Below the pieces are notes generated by a model that saw nothing but the letters and a program-made list of their open reading frames with translations, had not been told where the DNA came from and ran no database searches. From assembly GCA_046050355.1 (NCBI GenBank), contig JBJOPW010000004.1, positions 1 to 64,000 on the forward strand: a stretch of DNA of 64,000 nucleotides, read 5' to 3'. Of this stretch, positions 1 through 10,549 are shown piece after piece. The DNA comes from Candidatus Parcubacteria bacterium (lineage in GTDB: Bacteria; Patescibacteriota; Minisyncoccia; Phycocordibacterales; UBA918). Every line of letters begins with the position of its first letter. The first letter of the stretch is position 1. Made by a program: the position numbers and the translations under genes.

Positions 1-50
1 AACTTCACCGTACTCAGTGCGTAACAAACGAGAGGACTTCAGTCCGTGCT

Positions 51-93
51 TGAAGCCACGAAGAACCCCTCGCCTTGAGGCGAGGGTGGTTCA
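51..93 (+). mobile_element. Probable right end of an IS200/IS605-family (tnpB-type) element
   Basis: GAACCCCTCGCCTTGAGGCGAGGGTGGTTCA is a subterminal palindrome ending in TTCA, as at IS200/IS605 right ends. The element body would lie upstream of the window. Confidence 0.45.
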
Positions 94-513
94 GTTTGTT
101 TCAGAGTCGTCTGACTGTTTGCCGGAATCAAGAAGGCGTTCTATCACTGCTTCATGGGAGATACCTTCTTTTTCATCAATATCTGCAGCGATTTCATCGA
201 TGTGTTGGCGGTGGCGTTCGCCATAGTCCACTGAGAATTCGAGGTGGGGGATGATCTTGAGCTTCGTGTGCTTTTTTACGTAGTCGCGGATATCGCTCGC
301 GGAACGCTTGAGAAAGATAAGCGCATCATCTTCGCGACCATCGGGGATGGTGGTGAAGAAGATGGTGTACTTGCGGTAGTCGGGTGAGACGGAGACGTTT
401 GTGACGGTGATGAGGGGATTGGTGTTTGCCTCGTTGCGGATATAGGTCGCCACCACCTCGTGGATAAGGGAGGTGGCACGGTCATGTTTGTCGTAATTGA
501 GTTGCTTGTTCAT
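91..513 (-). CDS. rbfA: Ribosome-binding factor A
   Basis: LITVTNVSVSPD and IIPHLEFSVD motifs; directly downstream of infB. Confidence 0.92.
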   Translation of the reverse strand: MNKQLNYDKHDRATSLIHEVVATYIRNEANTNPLITVTNVSVSPDYRKYTIFFTTIPDGREDDALIFLKRSASDIRDYVKKHTKLKIIPHLEFSVDYGERHRQHIDEIAADIDEKEGISHEAVIERLLDSGKQSDDSETN

Positions 514-544
514 ATTTCTAAATAATCAGATGTCCACAATAAGA

Positions 545-663
545 GAGTGATAAAAATGAGATGATGGCGAGGCCGAGGAGTAAAAAATCATGAGGTGTAC
601 ACTTTGGTACATTGAATGAATTTTTACGAACGAGAACAAAGCTAGCGCTCATTTTTAGTGCTC
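545..663. repeat. Intergenic palindromic element (MITE/REP-like)
   Basis: Terminal inverted repeat TAAAAATGAG ... CTCATTTTTA with inner palindrome TGTAC-N6-GTACA. Confidence 0.35.
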
Positions 664-664
664 G

Positions 665-2161
665 TTACGTTATTACCAACTCAAAGCCTTCGAGGATGTC
701 GCCGGGTGCAACTTCAAATTTGGCATCCACCTGCATACCAAACTCACCTTCGTTCACCTGCTTCACGTCAGATTTCATCTGTTGGAGGTTCTTGATGGTG
801 CCGCGACCAACCTCGATATCACGACGGAGCACCCGTACGCTCGTATTGAGTTTCATCGTGCCGTCTTCAACGCGGGCACCAAGGACGTGGGTGTACTTTT
901 GGGTACTGAAGTGTTTGAGAATCTTGGCGTGGCCAGTGACGACTTTTTCTTCCATCTTGGGCGTACGGTTCTTTAGCGCGGTATTAAGCCAATCTGATAG
1001 CTCGTAGATAATTGAGAAGGTATCGATTTCAACACCAAGGCGTTCGGCGAGGTCTTTGGCCTCACGGTCTACTTTTACATTAAACCCGACGATGATGGCA
1101 TCTTTGGTGGCACTCACGGCCTGGACATCGTTTGCGGTAATTGGACCAACAGCAGAATCAATAACCCGTACGGTAATACGCTCTGAAGTGAACTGTGACA
1201 GTTCGTGTTCAATCGCCTCGACCGTACCAAGCACATCAGCTTTGATGAGGACCGGGATGGTAGGTAAGCCAGACTTCTTGTGGGTCGCAGCAATTGGCGT
1301 CGCGGTACCACTGATAGCTACTTCAGCCTCTTTCTTTGAAGCAACGGTATAAAATTCAGCTCCTGCCTTCGGGATAGTAGTCCAACCAACGATACCGACA
1401 GGTTCAGAGAGGTGTGCTTCTTTGATGGCTTTGCCCGTAGCGTCTTCCATGATGCGGACTGGTGCGAAGGAATTGCCTGATACGACAAACTGCCCGGTCT
1501 TTAAGGTGCCGTTTTTGATGATCAGTGTAGCTGTGTTGCCGCGCTTTGAGTCAAGCTTACCTTCAACCACGGTACCAGTGGCGGCAGCGCCGGTGTCTCC
1601 CTGGAGTTCGAGGATATCAGCAGCGAGAATAACGAGATCGAGGAGGTCAGACACACCCGTACCTTGCTTCGCAGAAATTGGTGCCCACGGGATATCACCA
1701 CCCATGCCTTCGATGTAGATTTCGTGTTCAATGAGGCTGGTCTGGGTGCGCATGATGTCCGCTCCGGGCTTATCAATCTTGTTGATAGCAATAATCATCG
1801 GGATACCCGCTTCTTTGATGGCGTTAAGGGCTTCAAGCGTTTGTGGCTTCACCCCGTCTTCGGCCGAGACCACGAGGATGGCGACATCAGCGACGTCAGC
1901 GCCACGGAGGCGCATCTTTTGGAAGGCGGCATGTCCTGGAGTATCAAGGAAGGTGATTTTTTCATCAGATCCTTCTTTGGTTTTGTGGTTTACCACATAG
2001 GCCGAGAGGTGCTGCGTGATGCCGCCGGCCTCACCATCAACCACATTGGTCTTGCGGATGTAATCAAGGAGCGTTGACTTACCGTGGTCGATATGACCCA
2101 TGACGACGACCACCGGTGGTCGCTTTTCGATACTGCTGGTTGTTTTTGCTGCTTTTGCCAT
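665..2161 (-). CDS. infB: Translation initiation factor IF-2 (short form lacking the N-terminal domain)
   Basis: GHIDHGKS, GGITQH, DTPGH, NKID and IKADVLGT motifs. Confidence 0.97.
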   Translation of the reverse strand: MAKAAKTTSSIEKRPPVVVVMGHIDHGKSTLLDYIRKTNVVDGEAGGITQHLSAYVVNHKTKEGSDEKITFLDTPGHAAFQKMRLRGADVADVAILVVSAEDGVKPQTLEALNAIKEAGIPMIIAINKIDKPGADIMRTQTSLIEHEIYIEGMGGDIPWAPISAKQGTGVSDLLDLVILAADILELQGDTGAAATGTVVEGKLDSKRGNTATLIIKNGTLKTGQFVVSGNSFAPVRIMEDATGKAIKEAHLSEPVGIVGWTTIPKAGAEFYTVASKKEAEVAISGTATPIAATHKKSGLPTIPVLIKADVLGTVEAIEHELSQFTSERITVRVIDSAVGPITANDVQAVSATKDAIIVGFNVKVDREAKDLAERLGVEIDTFSIIYELSDWLNTALKNRTPKMEEKVVTGHAKILKHFSTQKYTHVLGARVEDGTMKLNTSVRVLRRDIEVGRGTIKNLQQMKSDVKQVNEGEFGMQVDAKFEVAPGDILEGFELVIT

Positions 2162-2276
2162 ACGTGATAATTGCTTCGTTTTATGAGAAATCTGCCGGGG
2201 AACGGCGGCTACTAAAATAAGTGGTCGCAGTATAGCAGATATTTACAGAAATAACAGCCCGTGTCATGATTTCGTA

Positions 2277-3503
2277 ATGATCCCTTGGCTCAAGAAAAAC
2301 CCTAAGTTCGAGGAAGGACCTCGAACAAACAATCGCATCTATCTCGACTACGCCGCCGCTACCCCAATGACCACAGCTGCAGCTGCAGCTATGACCCGCT
2401 TTTTGAGTGAGGATTTTGGTAATCCTGGTGGTATTCATAAAGAAGGGGTGACCGCCAAACGCGCTTTGGAGGAATTTCGTACCCAAGTCGCACGCACCCT
2501 TGAAGTACAGGAGAGTGGTGTCGTGTTCACCAGTGGTGGTACCGAGAGTAACAACCTTGCGATCCGCGGGGTAGTAGAATCGCTCCGGGCAGCCGGTCGT
2601 GAGTACCCGTCGATGACTATTGTCTCAACCAAGCTCGAGCACCCGGCGACTCTACGCACCTTAGACGGACTCGCGGCAGAGGGAGTTACGGTCGTGTATG
2701 CACCAGTTCGAGAAGATGGACAGCTTGATATGGTTACTTTGCGAACACTCCTTGATGCTTCGGTAGTATTGGTTACTGTTGCTTACGTGAATAGTGAAGT
2801 GGGGGTGATTACTGATACGCGAGCCGTGCGCCGCCTCCTCGATGAAGTTGAGAAAAAATTAGGAACTAAGATTCTACTCCATGTTGATGGAGCACAGGCA
2901 CCGCTGTGGCTACCATGCCAATTGGTGCGCATTGGCGCCGACCTCCTCTCGCTTGATGGTGGTAAGTGCGGTGGTGGCAAAGGTATCGGTGCGCTCGTGA
3001 TGAAAAAAGGAGTGACGGTGTTACCGCTCTTGCGTGGTGGTGGGCAGGAGATGGGACTGCGTCCGGGGACTGAACCAGTGCATCTCGTTGCAGCATTCGC
3101 CACCGCGCTCTTGGAGGCGCAAGAAAGTTGGCAAGCACGTAGTGAGACGGTGACTCTTGTGCGCGACTACGCAATTGCTGAAATTGCGAAACGTATCCCC
3201 ACCGCCGTACTCAACGGTCCGCTTGGTAGCGATCGAGTCGCTAACAATATTCATATTTCAATCCCTGGTATTGATGCCGAGTTTGCGGTCATCACCCTTG
3301 ATACCCACGGTATCGCCGCGAGTACCAAAAGTGCTTGTAGCAGCAAAGGTGGGGGAGCGAGTGCGGTCGTACTTGCAATGACGGGTGACGAAGCTCGCGC
3401 GCTGTCGACCCTCCGCTTTACGCTCGGACCAGATACGACAACCGACGATATCGATCAGATGCTCGCAGTGCTCACTGTGCATATTCAAACGGTCATCAAA
3501 TAA
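2277..3503 (+). CDS. Cysteine desulfurase (NifS/IscS family)
   Basis: IYLDYAAATP, FTSGGTESNN, HVDGAQ and catalytic SACS motifs. Confidence 0.93.
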   Translation: MIPWLKKNPKFEEGPRTNNRIYLDYAAATPMTTAAAAAMTRFLSEDFGNPGGIHKEGVTAKRALEEFRTQVARTLEVQESGVVFTSGGTESNNLAIRGVVESLRAAGREYPSMTIVSTKLEHPATLRTLDGLAAEGVTVVYAPVREDGQLDMVTLRTLLDASVVLVTVAYVNSEVGVITDTRAVRRLLDEVEKKLGTKILLHVDGAQAPLWLPCQLVRIGADLLSLDGGKCGGGKGIGALVMKKGVTVLPLLRGGGQEMGLRPGTEPVHLVAAFATALLEAQESWQARSETVTLVRDYAIAEIAKRIPTAVLNGPLGSDRVANNIHISIPGIDAEFAVITLDTHGIAASTKSACSSKGGGASAVVLAMTGDEARALSTLRFTLGPDTTTDDIDQMLAVLTVHIQTVIK

Positions 3504-3603
3504 TAGTTTTGAGGTCCAACAACAAAAGCTCGTCTTCATTGACGAAAATGTTTTTTAATGTTATTATACTGCCGCGGTAATGTTGCCGTGACAGGAGGAC
3601 TAT

Positions 3604-3879
3604 ATGCCAAAACGTGAGGAAATCATCGCTGTCTTTCAGGCAGACGAAACTTCGCGGGCACTGAGCGGACTTGAGCCCCGGGAAATCGCGATACTCAAGG
3701 CCAAATTCGGTGTTGAGTCTGACGCCGGAATCGTCGAAGCTGTTCGTGAACAGTTGGACATCTCCGGAGAAAGAAGACGCCTGATTGAAGCCAAGACCCT
3801 GCGTAAGCTCAAACACCCAAATCGGGTGCGGCGCTTGGCCAGCTACCTTGATGGTGCAGATACGGAAGGAGAGAAGTAA
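3604..3879 (+). CDS. Stand-alone sigma-70 region 4 domain protein
   Basis: LEPREIAILKAKFG...ERRRLIEAKTLRKLKHP resembles RpoD region 4; AGGAGG RBS. Confidence 0.75.
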   Translation: MPKREEIIAVFQADETSRALSGLEPREIAILKAKFGVESDAGIVEAVREQLDISGERRRLIEAKTLRKLKHPNRVRRLASYLDGADTEGEK

Positions 3880-4086
3880 CCACCGGAAACTGCTGTTAAC
3901 ATTTAGAATTTTGTTCATCTTCGTAACCGTCAACTACTTAACCGGGTAGATGATAGGGAATATGAGGCGTCTGTTGTAAAAAACGCCAACATCCGAGGAG
4001 AGACTCCAAATCGGATGCGTCTACATGAGTCTCGCGACACTAGTCGTGAATAACGGGCCCTCCTCACCGAGACGCCCTTTTTGATT

Positions 4087-4132
4087 TTAGGGGTCCAACC
4101 CCGAAACTTCGGGGTTGAATCTACCACCCCTA
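4087..4132. repeat. REP-like palindromic repeat GGGGTCCAACCCC
   Basis: TTAGGGGTCCAACCCCGAA followed by an inverted partial copy; the same unit recurs at 54576-54656. Confidence 0.55.
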
Positions 4133-4255
4133 AATTGGACAAAAGGCGTTTTTTATAGCATTATGAGAGTACTTCCACTCCCGATTGACTGACTCCGGTA
4201 ACGACCCCACAGTGCGACCGTCTCCCTTTAGGAAGTACTGTATAATTCTATTGTC

Positions 4256-6973
4256 ATGCCTAGTTTTCACAATTTTACATCCAAAGCCAAAGAAGCTATT
4301 CGGAAGGCCCACGAACTCGCCATTGAGCGAGGTCAAAACCACGTGAGTCCAGTCCACCTCATGACCGCTCTTGCTCTCCAAGAAGAGAGTATGGTGATTT
4401 CTGTACTCGACCGAATGGATATTGATATCATTGCGCTCACCGACCTCCTCCTTGAAGCACTCGAAGGACCGGAGTCTGCGACGACGGTCTCGCAGTCGTA
4501 CCAGCTCTACCTCACCGCCGATCTGGCGAAGGCGCTTGAATACTCAGGTCAGCTCGCAGAGCAGCTTGGTGATTCGTACGTTGGGGTGGAACACCTTTTT
4601 GTCGCAGTACTCGAAAACCCAGGACCAGCCATCGAAATTATGCAACGTGCCGGTATCGATAAGACTCGGGTCATGAACACCATCAAAGAGATTCGCGAGA
4701 ACCGTGTCTCAGATGCAGAGACACCAAAGAAGTTTCGCTCACTGGCGAAGTACACCCGCAACCTCACCAAGCTCGCGCAGGAGAACAAACTTGACCCCGT
4801 GATTGGGCGTGATGTTGAGGTGCAGCGGGTGATTCAGATTCTCTCACGCCGTACGAAGAATAATCCCGTGCTCATCGGTGAGGCTGGTGTTGGTAAGACC
4901 GCGATTGCCGAAGGTCTCGCCCAGCAGATTGCGCAGAACCAAGTGCCAGAGTCAATCAAAGGGAAGGAGATTCTCTCGCTTGACTTGGGACTCCTCGTCG
5001 CGGGGACCAAGTTCCGTGGCGAATTCGAAGAGCGTCTCAAGGCGGTCATGAAAGAAGTAGAATCATCACAAGGACAGATCATCCTTTTTATTGACGAGCT
5101 CCATACCATTGTGGGGGCTGGTCAGGCTGAAGGCTCGATGGATGCAAGTAATATGCTGAAGCCCGCCCTCGCCCGTGGCGAGATGCGTGTCATCGGTGCC
5201 ACCACCCTTAAGGAATACCAAAAGCATATCGAACGTGACCCAGCACTGACCCGACGCTTCCAGCCGGTGTATGTGAACGAGCCAAGTCACGAAGACGCGA
5301 TTGCCATCCTCCGTGGTATCGCTGAGAAATATGAACTCTTCCATGGTGTCCGTATTACCGACGATGCGATTGTGAGCGCGGTGAATCTTTCTTCTCGCTA
5401 CATCACCGACCGCTTTTTGCCTGACAAGGCGGTAGACCTCATCGATGAAGCAGCGTCGGCCCTCCGTATCTCACTTGAAAATAAGCCAGATGAACTGGTC
5501 GTCTCTGATCGCCAGATTCGTCGTCTCGAAATTGAAAAAGAGGCTTTGAAGAAAGAGTCCGAAGTCTCAGAATTATCGACTGATCAGAAAAAACGCATCA
5601 AAGACCGACTCAAAGAAATTGATGGTGAGATTGGCGAGCTTCGTGAGACCACCTCAGCGCTAGAAACCAAATGGAATAATGAAAAAGAAGCCTTAGATGC
5701 GATGAGTAAGCTTAAAAAGGAGCTTGAAGAACTCCGTCTCGAGGCAGAGAGTGCAGAAGCCATGGCTGACCTCGCTCGGGCCGCCGAGATCCGCTACGAC
5801 AGTATCCCCACGATTGAACGCGAACTCGAAACCCACCAAAAGCGCCTCAAGAAACTCCAGCGCAGTCGTCGTCTCCTCAAAGAAGAAGTCACTGAAGAAG
5901 ATATCGCGTCAGTGGTATCACGCTGGACTGGCATCCCAGTCTCACGCATGCTTGAAGCCGAGGCTGAGAAGCTTGCGCGGATTGAAGACGAACTAAAGAA
6001 GAAAGTCGTGGGGCAAGATCATGCGATCAAGCTGGTCGCTGACGCTATTAAGCGTTCACGCGCTGGTATCGCTGATCCGAACCGCCCAATTGGTTCGTTC
6101 CTCTTCCTTGGTCCAACTGGTGTTGGTAAGACTGAGCTCTCGCGAGCCTTGGCCGAATTCATGTTCAATGACCCCGACGCTATGGTGCGTATCGACATGT
6201 CTGAGTTCATGGAAAAACACTCAGTCTCAAAGATCATTGGTTCGCCACCAGGCTATGTTGGTCACGAAGAGGGGGGTAACATCGCTGAGCGCGTTCGGCA
6301 CCGACCATACTCGGTGATTCTCCTTGATGAAGTTGAGAAGGCGCACCCAGAGGTATTTAACGTCCTCCTCCAGGTACTCGATTCAGGACACCTCACGGAC
6401 GCCAAGGGTCGCAAGATCAACTTCCGCAACACGGTTATCATCATGACCTCAAACATCGGGGCCGAACATATCGACCGCATGTCTAACTGGGGCTTTACCC
6501 ACGACCACGGCGAGAAGGCGCAGTACACCCAAGCCAAGGACAAGGTGATGGAAAGTCTCAAACACTTCTTCCGTCCAGAGTTTCTCAACCGTCTTGATGA
6601 GATTATTATCTTCGATATTCTCTCACCGGAGACCGTGCGCAGTATTGTCTCACTCCAGGTGGAAGACGTGACCAAACGTCTCCGTGGTAAGGAAATTGCG
6701 CTGTCTGTCAGTGATGCGGTCTTAGATTATCTCGCCAAAGAAGGCTATGATCCGAAGTTTGGTGCGCGACCTTTGAAGCGTGTCATTCAAAGTAAGATCT
6801 TGACCCCTGTGGCTAACATGATGATTCAAGAAGGGATGCTTCGTGGCGGCACGGTGCGTGTTGATATGAAGAAAGATGAACTATCCTTTGATGTGAAGAA
6901 AAAAGCTCTCTCTAAGAGTGCACAAGCCAAAAAAGAACCAGTACCAGCGCCGGTGGTATTGGCAACGAAATAA
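4256..6973 (+). CDS. clpB: ATP-dependent chaperone ClpB
   Basis: Two AAA+ modules ([16 protein letters not shown]), coiled-coil middle domain, GARPLKR motif. Confidence 0.96.
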   Translation: MPSFHNFTSKAKEAIRKAHELAIERGQNHVSPVHLMTALALQEESMVISVLDRMDIDIIALTDLLLEALEGPESATTVSQSYQLYLTADLAKALEYSGQLAEQLGDSYVGVEHLFVAVLENPGPAIEIMQRAGIDKTRVMNTIKEIRENRVSDAETPKKFRSLAKYTRNLTKLAQENKLDPVIGRDVEVQRVIQILSRRTKNNPVLIGEAGVGKTAIAEGLAQQIAQNQVPESIKGKEILSLDLGLLVAGTKFRGEFEERLKAVMKEVESSQGQIILFIDELHTIVGAGQAEGSMDASNMLKPALARGEMRVIGATTLKEYQKHIERDPALTRRFQPVYVNEPSHEDAIAILRGIAEKYELFHGVRITDDAIVSAVNLSSRYITDRFLPDKAVDLIDEAASALRISLENKPDELVVSDRQIRRLEIEKEALKKESEVSELSTDQKKRIKDRLKEIDGEIGELRETTSALETKWNNEKEALDAMSKLKKELEELRLEAESAEAMADLARAAEIRYDSIPTIERELETHQKRLKKLQRSRRLLKEEVTEEDIASVVSRWTGIPVSRMLEAEAEKLARIEDELKKKVVGQDHAIKLVADAIKRSRAGIADPNRPIGSFLFLGPTGVGKTELSRALAEFMFNDPDAMVRIDMSEFMEKHSVSKIIGSPPGYVGHEEGGNIAERVRHRPYSVILLDEVEKAHPEVFNVLLQVLDSGHLTDAKGRKINFRNTVIIMTSNIGAEHIDRMSNWGFTHDHGEKAQYTQAKDKVMESLKHFFRPEFLNRLDEIIIFDILSPETVRSIVSLQVEDVTKRLRGKEIALSVSDAVLDYLAKEGYDPKFGARPLKRVIQSKILTPVANMMIQEGMLRGGTVRVDMKKDELSFDVKKKALSKSAQAKKEPVPAPVVLATK

Positions 6974-6984
6974 ACAGAATTCAT

Positions 6985-7026
6985 AAAACAAAACCTTTCG
7001 ATTGATAGAAAGGTTTTGTTTTATTT
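6985..7026. terminator. Bidirectional rho-independent terminator
   Basis: AAAACAAAACCTTTC...GAAAGGTTTTGTTTT between convergent genes. Confidence 0.75.
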
Positions 7027-8574
7027 TTCTCCATGTAATCTAAATTGTTTTGCTAGTAGTGGTTCCATACCAGGACGATTATCGGTAAAGGCTACTTCAT
7101 CAGCGAGTGTATCAGTGGGGAGTACTATCATCTGCTCGTTGAGGGGGTAGTCATAGGCATAGAGCCGATTTTTGATTCTTGTAGTTGTAGCAAATTTAAT
7201 TGGGTCGTTGTCGTGACGAACAATAATCATAATGTTTTGAATGCTTTTGCTGGTTGTGCTCGTGATTGGGACGAGGGTATGGTTGGGGAAAACAGTCGTG
7301 AGGGTCTTGATGAGTGATCCGGTCATGCTGGTGCCGTGGGTATCGAGACTCCCAATGTAATTGAGGTAGGCTACACCACCGGGGGCGAGCACCTTTTTAA
7401 AACTAGCAAAAAACTCAACCGTGAGAAGATGGGGAGGGATGTAGTGACCACTATTCATGACGTCAGAAAATATGACATCGTACGTCGTGGTGGAATGTTC
7501 AAGGAAAACTCGAGCGTCAATAGTGTGATTACGGAGCTGCGTTGAGGTAGGTAACTCAAAGTAGGTGGCAGCCATGGGAAGGAGATAGGGCTCAAGTTCG
7601 ACAGTATCGATAGTAAGTGTGGGGTTGTCGAGGTGTACGTGACGGGGAATAGTAAATGCACCACCACCGAGGACGAGATACGACGAAGCATCCTTGATCA
7701 TGTCAGGATAGGTCAGTGCCAGTTCTGCGTACGGAAAGGCTATTTCGGTACTGCCAGGAATAATCGCTGATGAGTAGTTGCTATCGTTTTTTAAAAAGCG
7801 GTACGTCGTACCGCGAAATTCCTCCTCAAAAACGGTGAGTTTTGAGTAGAGACCATCTTGCTCGTAGACGAGCGTCCCGCGACTCTGTGGCGGAGTTTTG
7901 ATAGTGGCGGCAGTAATCACTAGCGCAATGGTGACCAGCATGAGAGCCACTATATGTATCTGCAGGGTGATGGTTCTTGTACGCGCGTGGTGGGTGATAA
8001 GTACACTCATGCTCCAGAGGACTAAGAGAAGTCCAGTGACAGCCAAAGTGGTCGAAAGTCCAAGGTGCGGAATGAGGTAAAAACCAGCTGCGAGACTACC
8101 AACAATACTCCCTATAGTACTGAGAAAAAAGACCGTGCCAACAACTGCACCTTCTTTGTCTTTGTCTTGGGCAAGTAGTTTTGAGACAAACGGTGAATCG
8201 GCGCCCAAGAGACAGGCGGGCAAAAAGAAAATTAAAAGCGAAATAAGTAGCGGGCCAGTGCTCTGCCCGAGGATCGGGGCGAGGGTAGGTAATAGGGAGA
8301 GGGCAGTATAAAGTAGGCCGAGCATCAAAAGGCCAGCGCCACCGATGATATACATGAGGAGTGGGAGATGCGGAGCGCGGTCGGCGAGCCGACCGCCAAA
8401 AAAATAGCCAAGACTGAGTGCAAGAAGAATGACCGAGAGGACGCTTGATACAACGGTGAGGGACGAACCATAGTAGGGGGCGAGGAGACGCATTGCGCTG
8501 ACTTCAAATATGAGGACGGCTGCGCCAGTAATAAAGACGGTAGCGAGGAGGGAGTGGCGCGAGAGGGTAGTCAT
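7021..8574 (-). CDS. Membrane-domain-fused spermidine synthase-like SAM-dependent enzyme
   Basis: N-terminal TM helices (FITGAAVLIFEV, GSIVGSLAAGF), then LVLGGGAFTIP and YDVIFSD; start placed at MTTLSRH. Confidence 0.85.
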   Translation of the reverse strand: MTTLSRHSLLATVFITGAAVLIFEVSAMRLLAPYYGSSLTVVSSVLSVILLALSLGYFFGGRLADRAPHLPLLMYIIGGAGLLMLGLLYTALSLLPTLAPILGQSTGPLLISLLIFFLPACLLGADSPFVSKLLAQDKDKEGAVVGTVFFLSTIGSIVGSLAAGFYLIPHLGLSTTLAVTGLLLVLWSMSVLITHHARTRTITLQIHIVALMLVTIALVITAATIKTPPQSRGTLVYEQDGLYSKLTVFEEEFRGTTYRFLKNDSNYSSAIIPGSTEIAFPYAELALTYPDMIKDASSYLVLGGGAFTIPRHVHLDNPTLTIDTVELEPYLLPMAATYFELPTSTQLRNHTIDARVFLEHSTTTYDVIFSDVMNSGHYIPPHLLTVEFFASFKKVLAPGGVAYLNYIGSLDTHGTSMTGSLIKTLTTVFPNHTLVPITSTTSKSIQNIMIIVRHDNDPIKFATTTRIKNRLYAYDYPLNEQMIVLPTDTLADEVAFTDNRPGMEPLLAKQFRLHGEK

Positions 8575-8644
8575 TGAGAGATAGTATAGCGTATTACATG
8601 TTACGAAAAAAGAAAAGTTGCCCGCGCAAGCGCAGGCAGCAGTT

Positions 8645-9163
8645 TCAATTGTCGCTTTTTTCGATGAGTGGTCGAGCAACAGGGTCTGTCATTAGTTTTT
8701 TTCGCAGTTCACCATCAAGGGTTGCAACTTCCTCAATTCGTACTTGGTAAATCTGACATTTCCCATTCGTTAGTGCCTTGAATTCTCCCATGCCAGTGAA
8801 TTGTGGCGAAGTAATATGAGCTGTTCCTATAATGCGGAAATTACCTTCCTTGGTGACTTCTACTGTATTGACGGTGAGGTCACGATACCGGTACTCCCCA
8901 CTTGGACTCTCGAAGGATGCCTTGAGTACGTTGGTAGCAGCTTTGATGGCAAGGGCTCGCTCTGCATCAGTTAGTGTTCGAAAATCTTGACCGAATGCCC
9001 GACGAGTGATTGATTCGATTGCTAGAAACTTCTCAGGGAAGCGACGTTCATTATAGGCAGAGAGGAGTTCGTTTGCACAAACCCTCGCTTCCTCAGTTGT
9101 GAGAGCCTGCACTCTAGTTGGTGCGATGAGTGCTAGCAGAAGAACGGCAAGGATCAAGCGCAT
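8645..9163 (-). CDS. Secreted protein, MlaC/Ttg2D-like
   Basis: Signal peptide; ITRRAFGQDFRTLTDAERA resembles the MlaC helix motif. Confidence 0.5.
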   Translation of the reverse strand: MRLILAVLLLALIAPTRVQALTTEEARVCANELLSAYNERRFPEKFLAIESITRRAFGQDFRTLTDAERALAIKAATNVLKASFESPSGEYRYRDLTVNTVEVTKEGNFRIIGTAHITSPQFTGMGEFKALTNGKCQIYQVRIEEVATLDGELRKKLMTDPVARPLIEKSDN

Positions 9164-9266
9164 ATTTTCCCCTCGCGCTAGAGTGTTACAACTCATCTAA
9201 TCATACGCTTGTTTTTGGGAAAATGTAAGCTTCTATAGTGCTGTTGCTTGTAAGCTGTTATTTATG

Positions 9267-9349
<83 letters not shown>

Positions 9350-9450
9350 AATTATTCTTCTTGTAACGTGACCGCTACGTGGACTGTACGTTACCACAGA
9401 TTGTGGCTATTTTCAAAGGGGGTAATATGCTACCCTGTAGGTATCAATGT

Positions 9451-10530
9451 ATGAAGCGGTTTTGGGGAATACTACTATTTTTGGGGTTGGCAGCTATACC
9501 GCTTCTTAGCTACGCGGCCGGACTCGTGCCCTGCGGTGGTCCAAATGAACCGGCCTGCCAGACCTGTCATGTAATAGAGCTTGTCAACCGAGTCGTGTCG
9601 TGGCTGGTGCTCATCTTGGGTACGGTAGCCGCCATTATTATTGTGTATGCTGGTTTTAAACTCGTGACATCGGGTGGTAATCGTCATGCCAAAGAAGATG
9701 CCAAATCAATGATCAGCAATATGATTATTGGGTATTGTATTGTCCTCGCGGGTTGGCTCCTTGTAGACACCGGAATGAAGATGTTGCTCACCGATGGAGA
9801 GACAGCTCTCGGCGTATGGAATCAGGTTAGTTGCACTGCTCAGCCAAAGCCAAAGAGTCGAACCTTTACCCCAACAGTATTTGAACCAGATACCTCGATA
9901 CCATCGACACCGGGTGCTGGTGTAAACGTTGGTAATACACAAACTCTGGCTTGTTCGGTTCGTCCCAATGGTTCGGATATCTGTACCTACCAGCAAGATC
10001 AATGTACTCGCAGTGGTGGGGTGCCGACCATAGATAGTTCTACGTCACCACGATCGGTTGTTTGTAAGTATTATGTGGCTGGTGGGGTAACTGGTAGTGG
10101 AGGTACCTTACCACCAAATATTTCGGGTACGGGTGCCTGTAACCCCTATACGATTGCCAAATATTTCCCCACTGGGCTGGTCGGGAGTGCGCAGTGCATT
10201 ATTGGGGCCGAAAGTTCCTGTGGTGCGCGGTCGCAGAGTATTACGGATGTCATGAATATAGATAAACGCCCATTCTCATTTGGTCCGATGCAAATCAATC
10301 TTACTGTCCATGTGCTCCAGGGCTGTAGCGGTTATCCGGCGACGCTTAATTGTTACGCTGCATTTTCTGGCAAGAATTATAGCGCTCGGGTAGTTGATGA
10401 AGCGCTGTATCAAACTTGCGCCAAAGCCGCTCAAAATGTCGACTGTAATATTAAAAATGGTTATCGCATTTATCAAGAGGCGGGTAATCGTTGGAGTCCG
10501 TGGTCGACCGCTTCAGCGTGTGGTCTATAA
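9451..10530 (+). CDS. VirB2/TrbC-like pilin-domain protein with C-terminal lytic transglycosylase-like domain
   Basis: CPR pilin motif (LVPCGG..C..C, YAGFKLVTSGGN...AK); C-terminus has AES, GPMQIN and WSPWS lysozyme-fold motifs. Confidence 0.75.
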   Translation: MKRFWGILLFLGLAAIPLLSYAAGLVPCGGPNEPACQTCHVIELVNRVVSWLVLILGTVAAIIIVYAGFKLVTSGGNRHAKEDAKSMISNMIIGYCIVLAGWLLVDTGMKMLLTDGETALGVWNQVSCTAQPKPKSRTFTPTVFEPDTSIPSTPGAGVNVGNTQTLACSVRPNGSDICTYQQDQCTRSGGVPTIDSSTSPRSVVCKYYVAGGVTGSGGTLPPNISGTGACNPYTIAKYFPTGLVGSAQCIIGAESSCGARSQSITDVMNIDKRPFSFGPMQINLTVHVLQGCSGYPATLNCYAAFSGKNYSARVVDEALYQTCAKAAQNVDCNIKNGYRIYQEAGNRWSPWSTASACGL

Positions 10531-10549
10531 TATGTGGTAGTATCGATGT

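Noticed and set aside
665-2161. Truncated infB (and Zn-less short dnaX at 59566-60603) as pseudogenes
   Set aside because: Catalytic motifs are intact, and compact forms are expected in reduced genomes
4150-4255. CIRCE/HrcA operator upstream of clpB
   Set aside because: No TTAGCACTC-N9-GAGTGCTAA match seen
9197-9266. tRNA-tailored element after tRNA-Tyr (and after tRNA-Trp)
   Set aside because: No antisense or direct copy of the tRNA 3' end; Trp has only a plain hairpin
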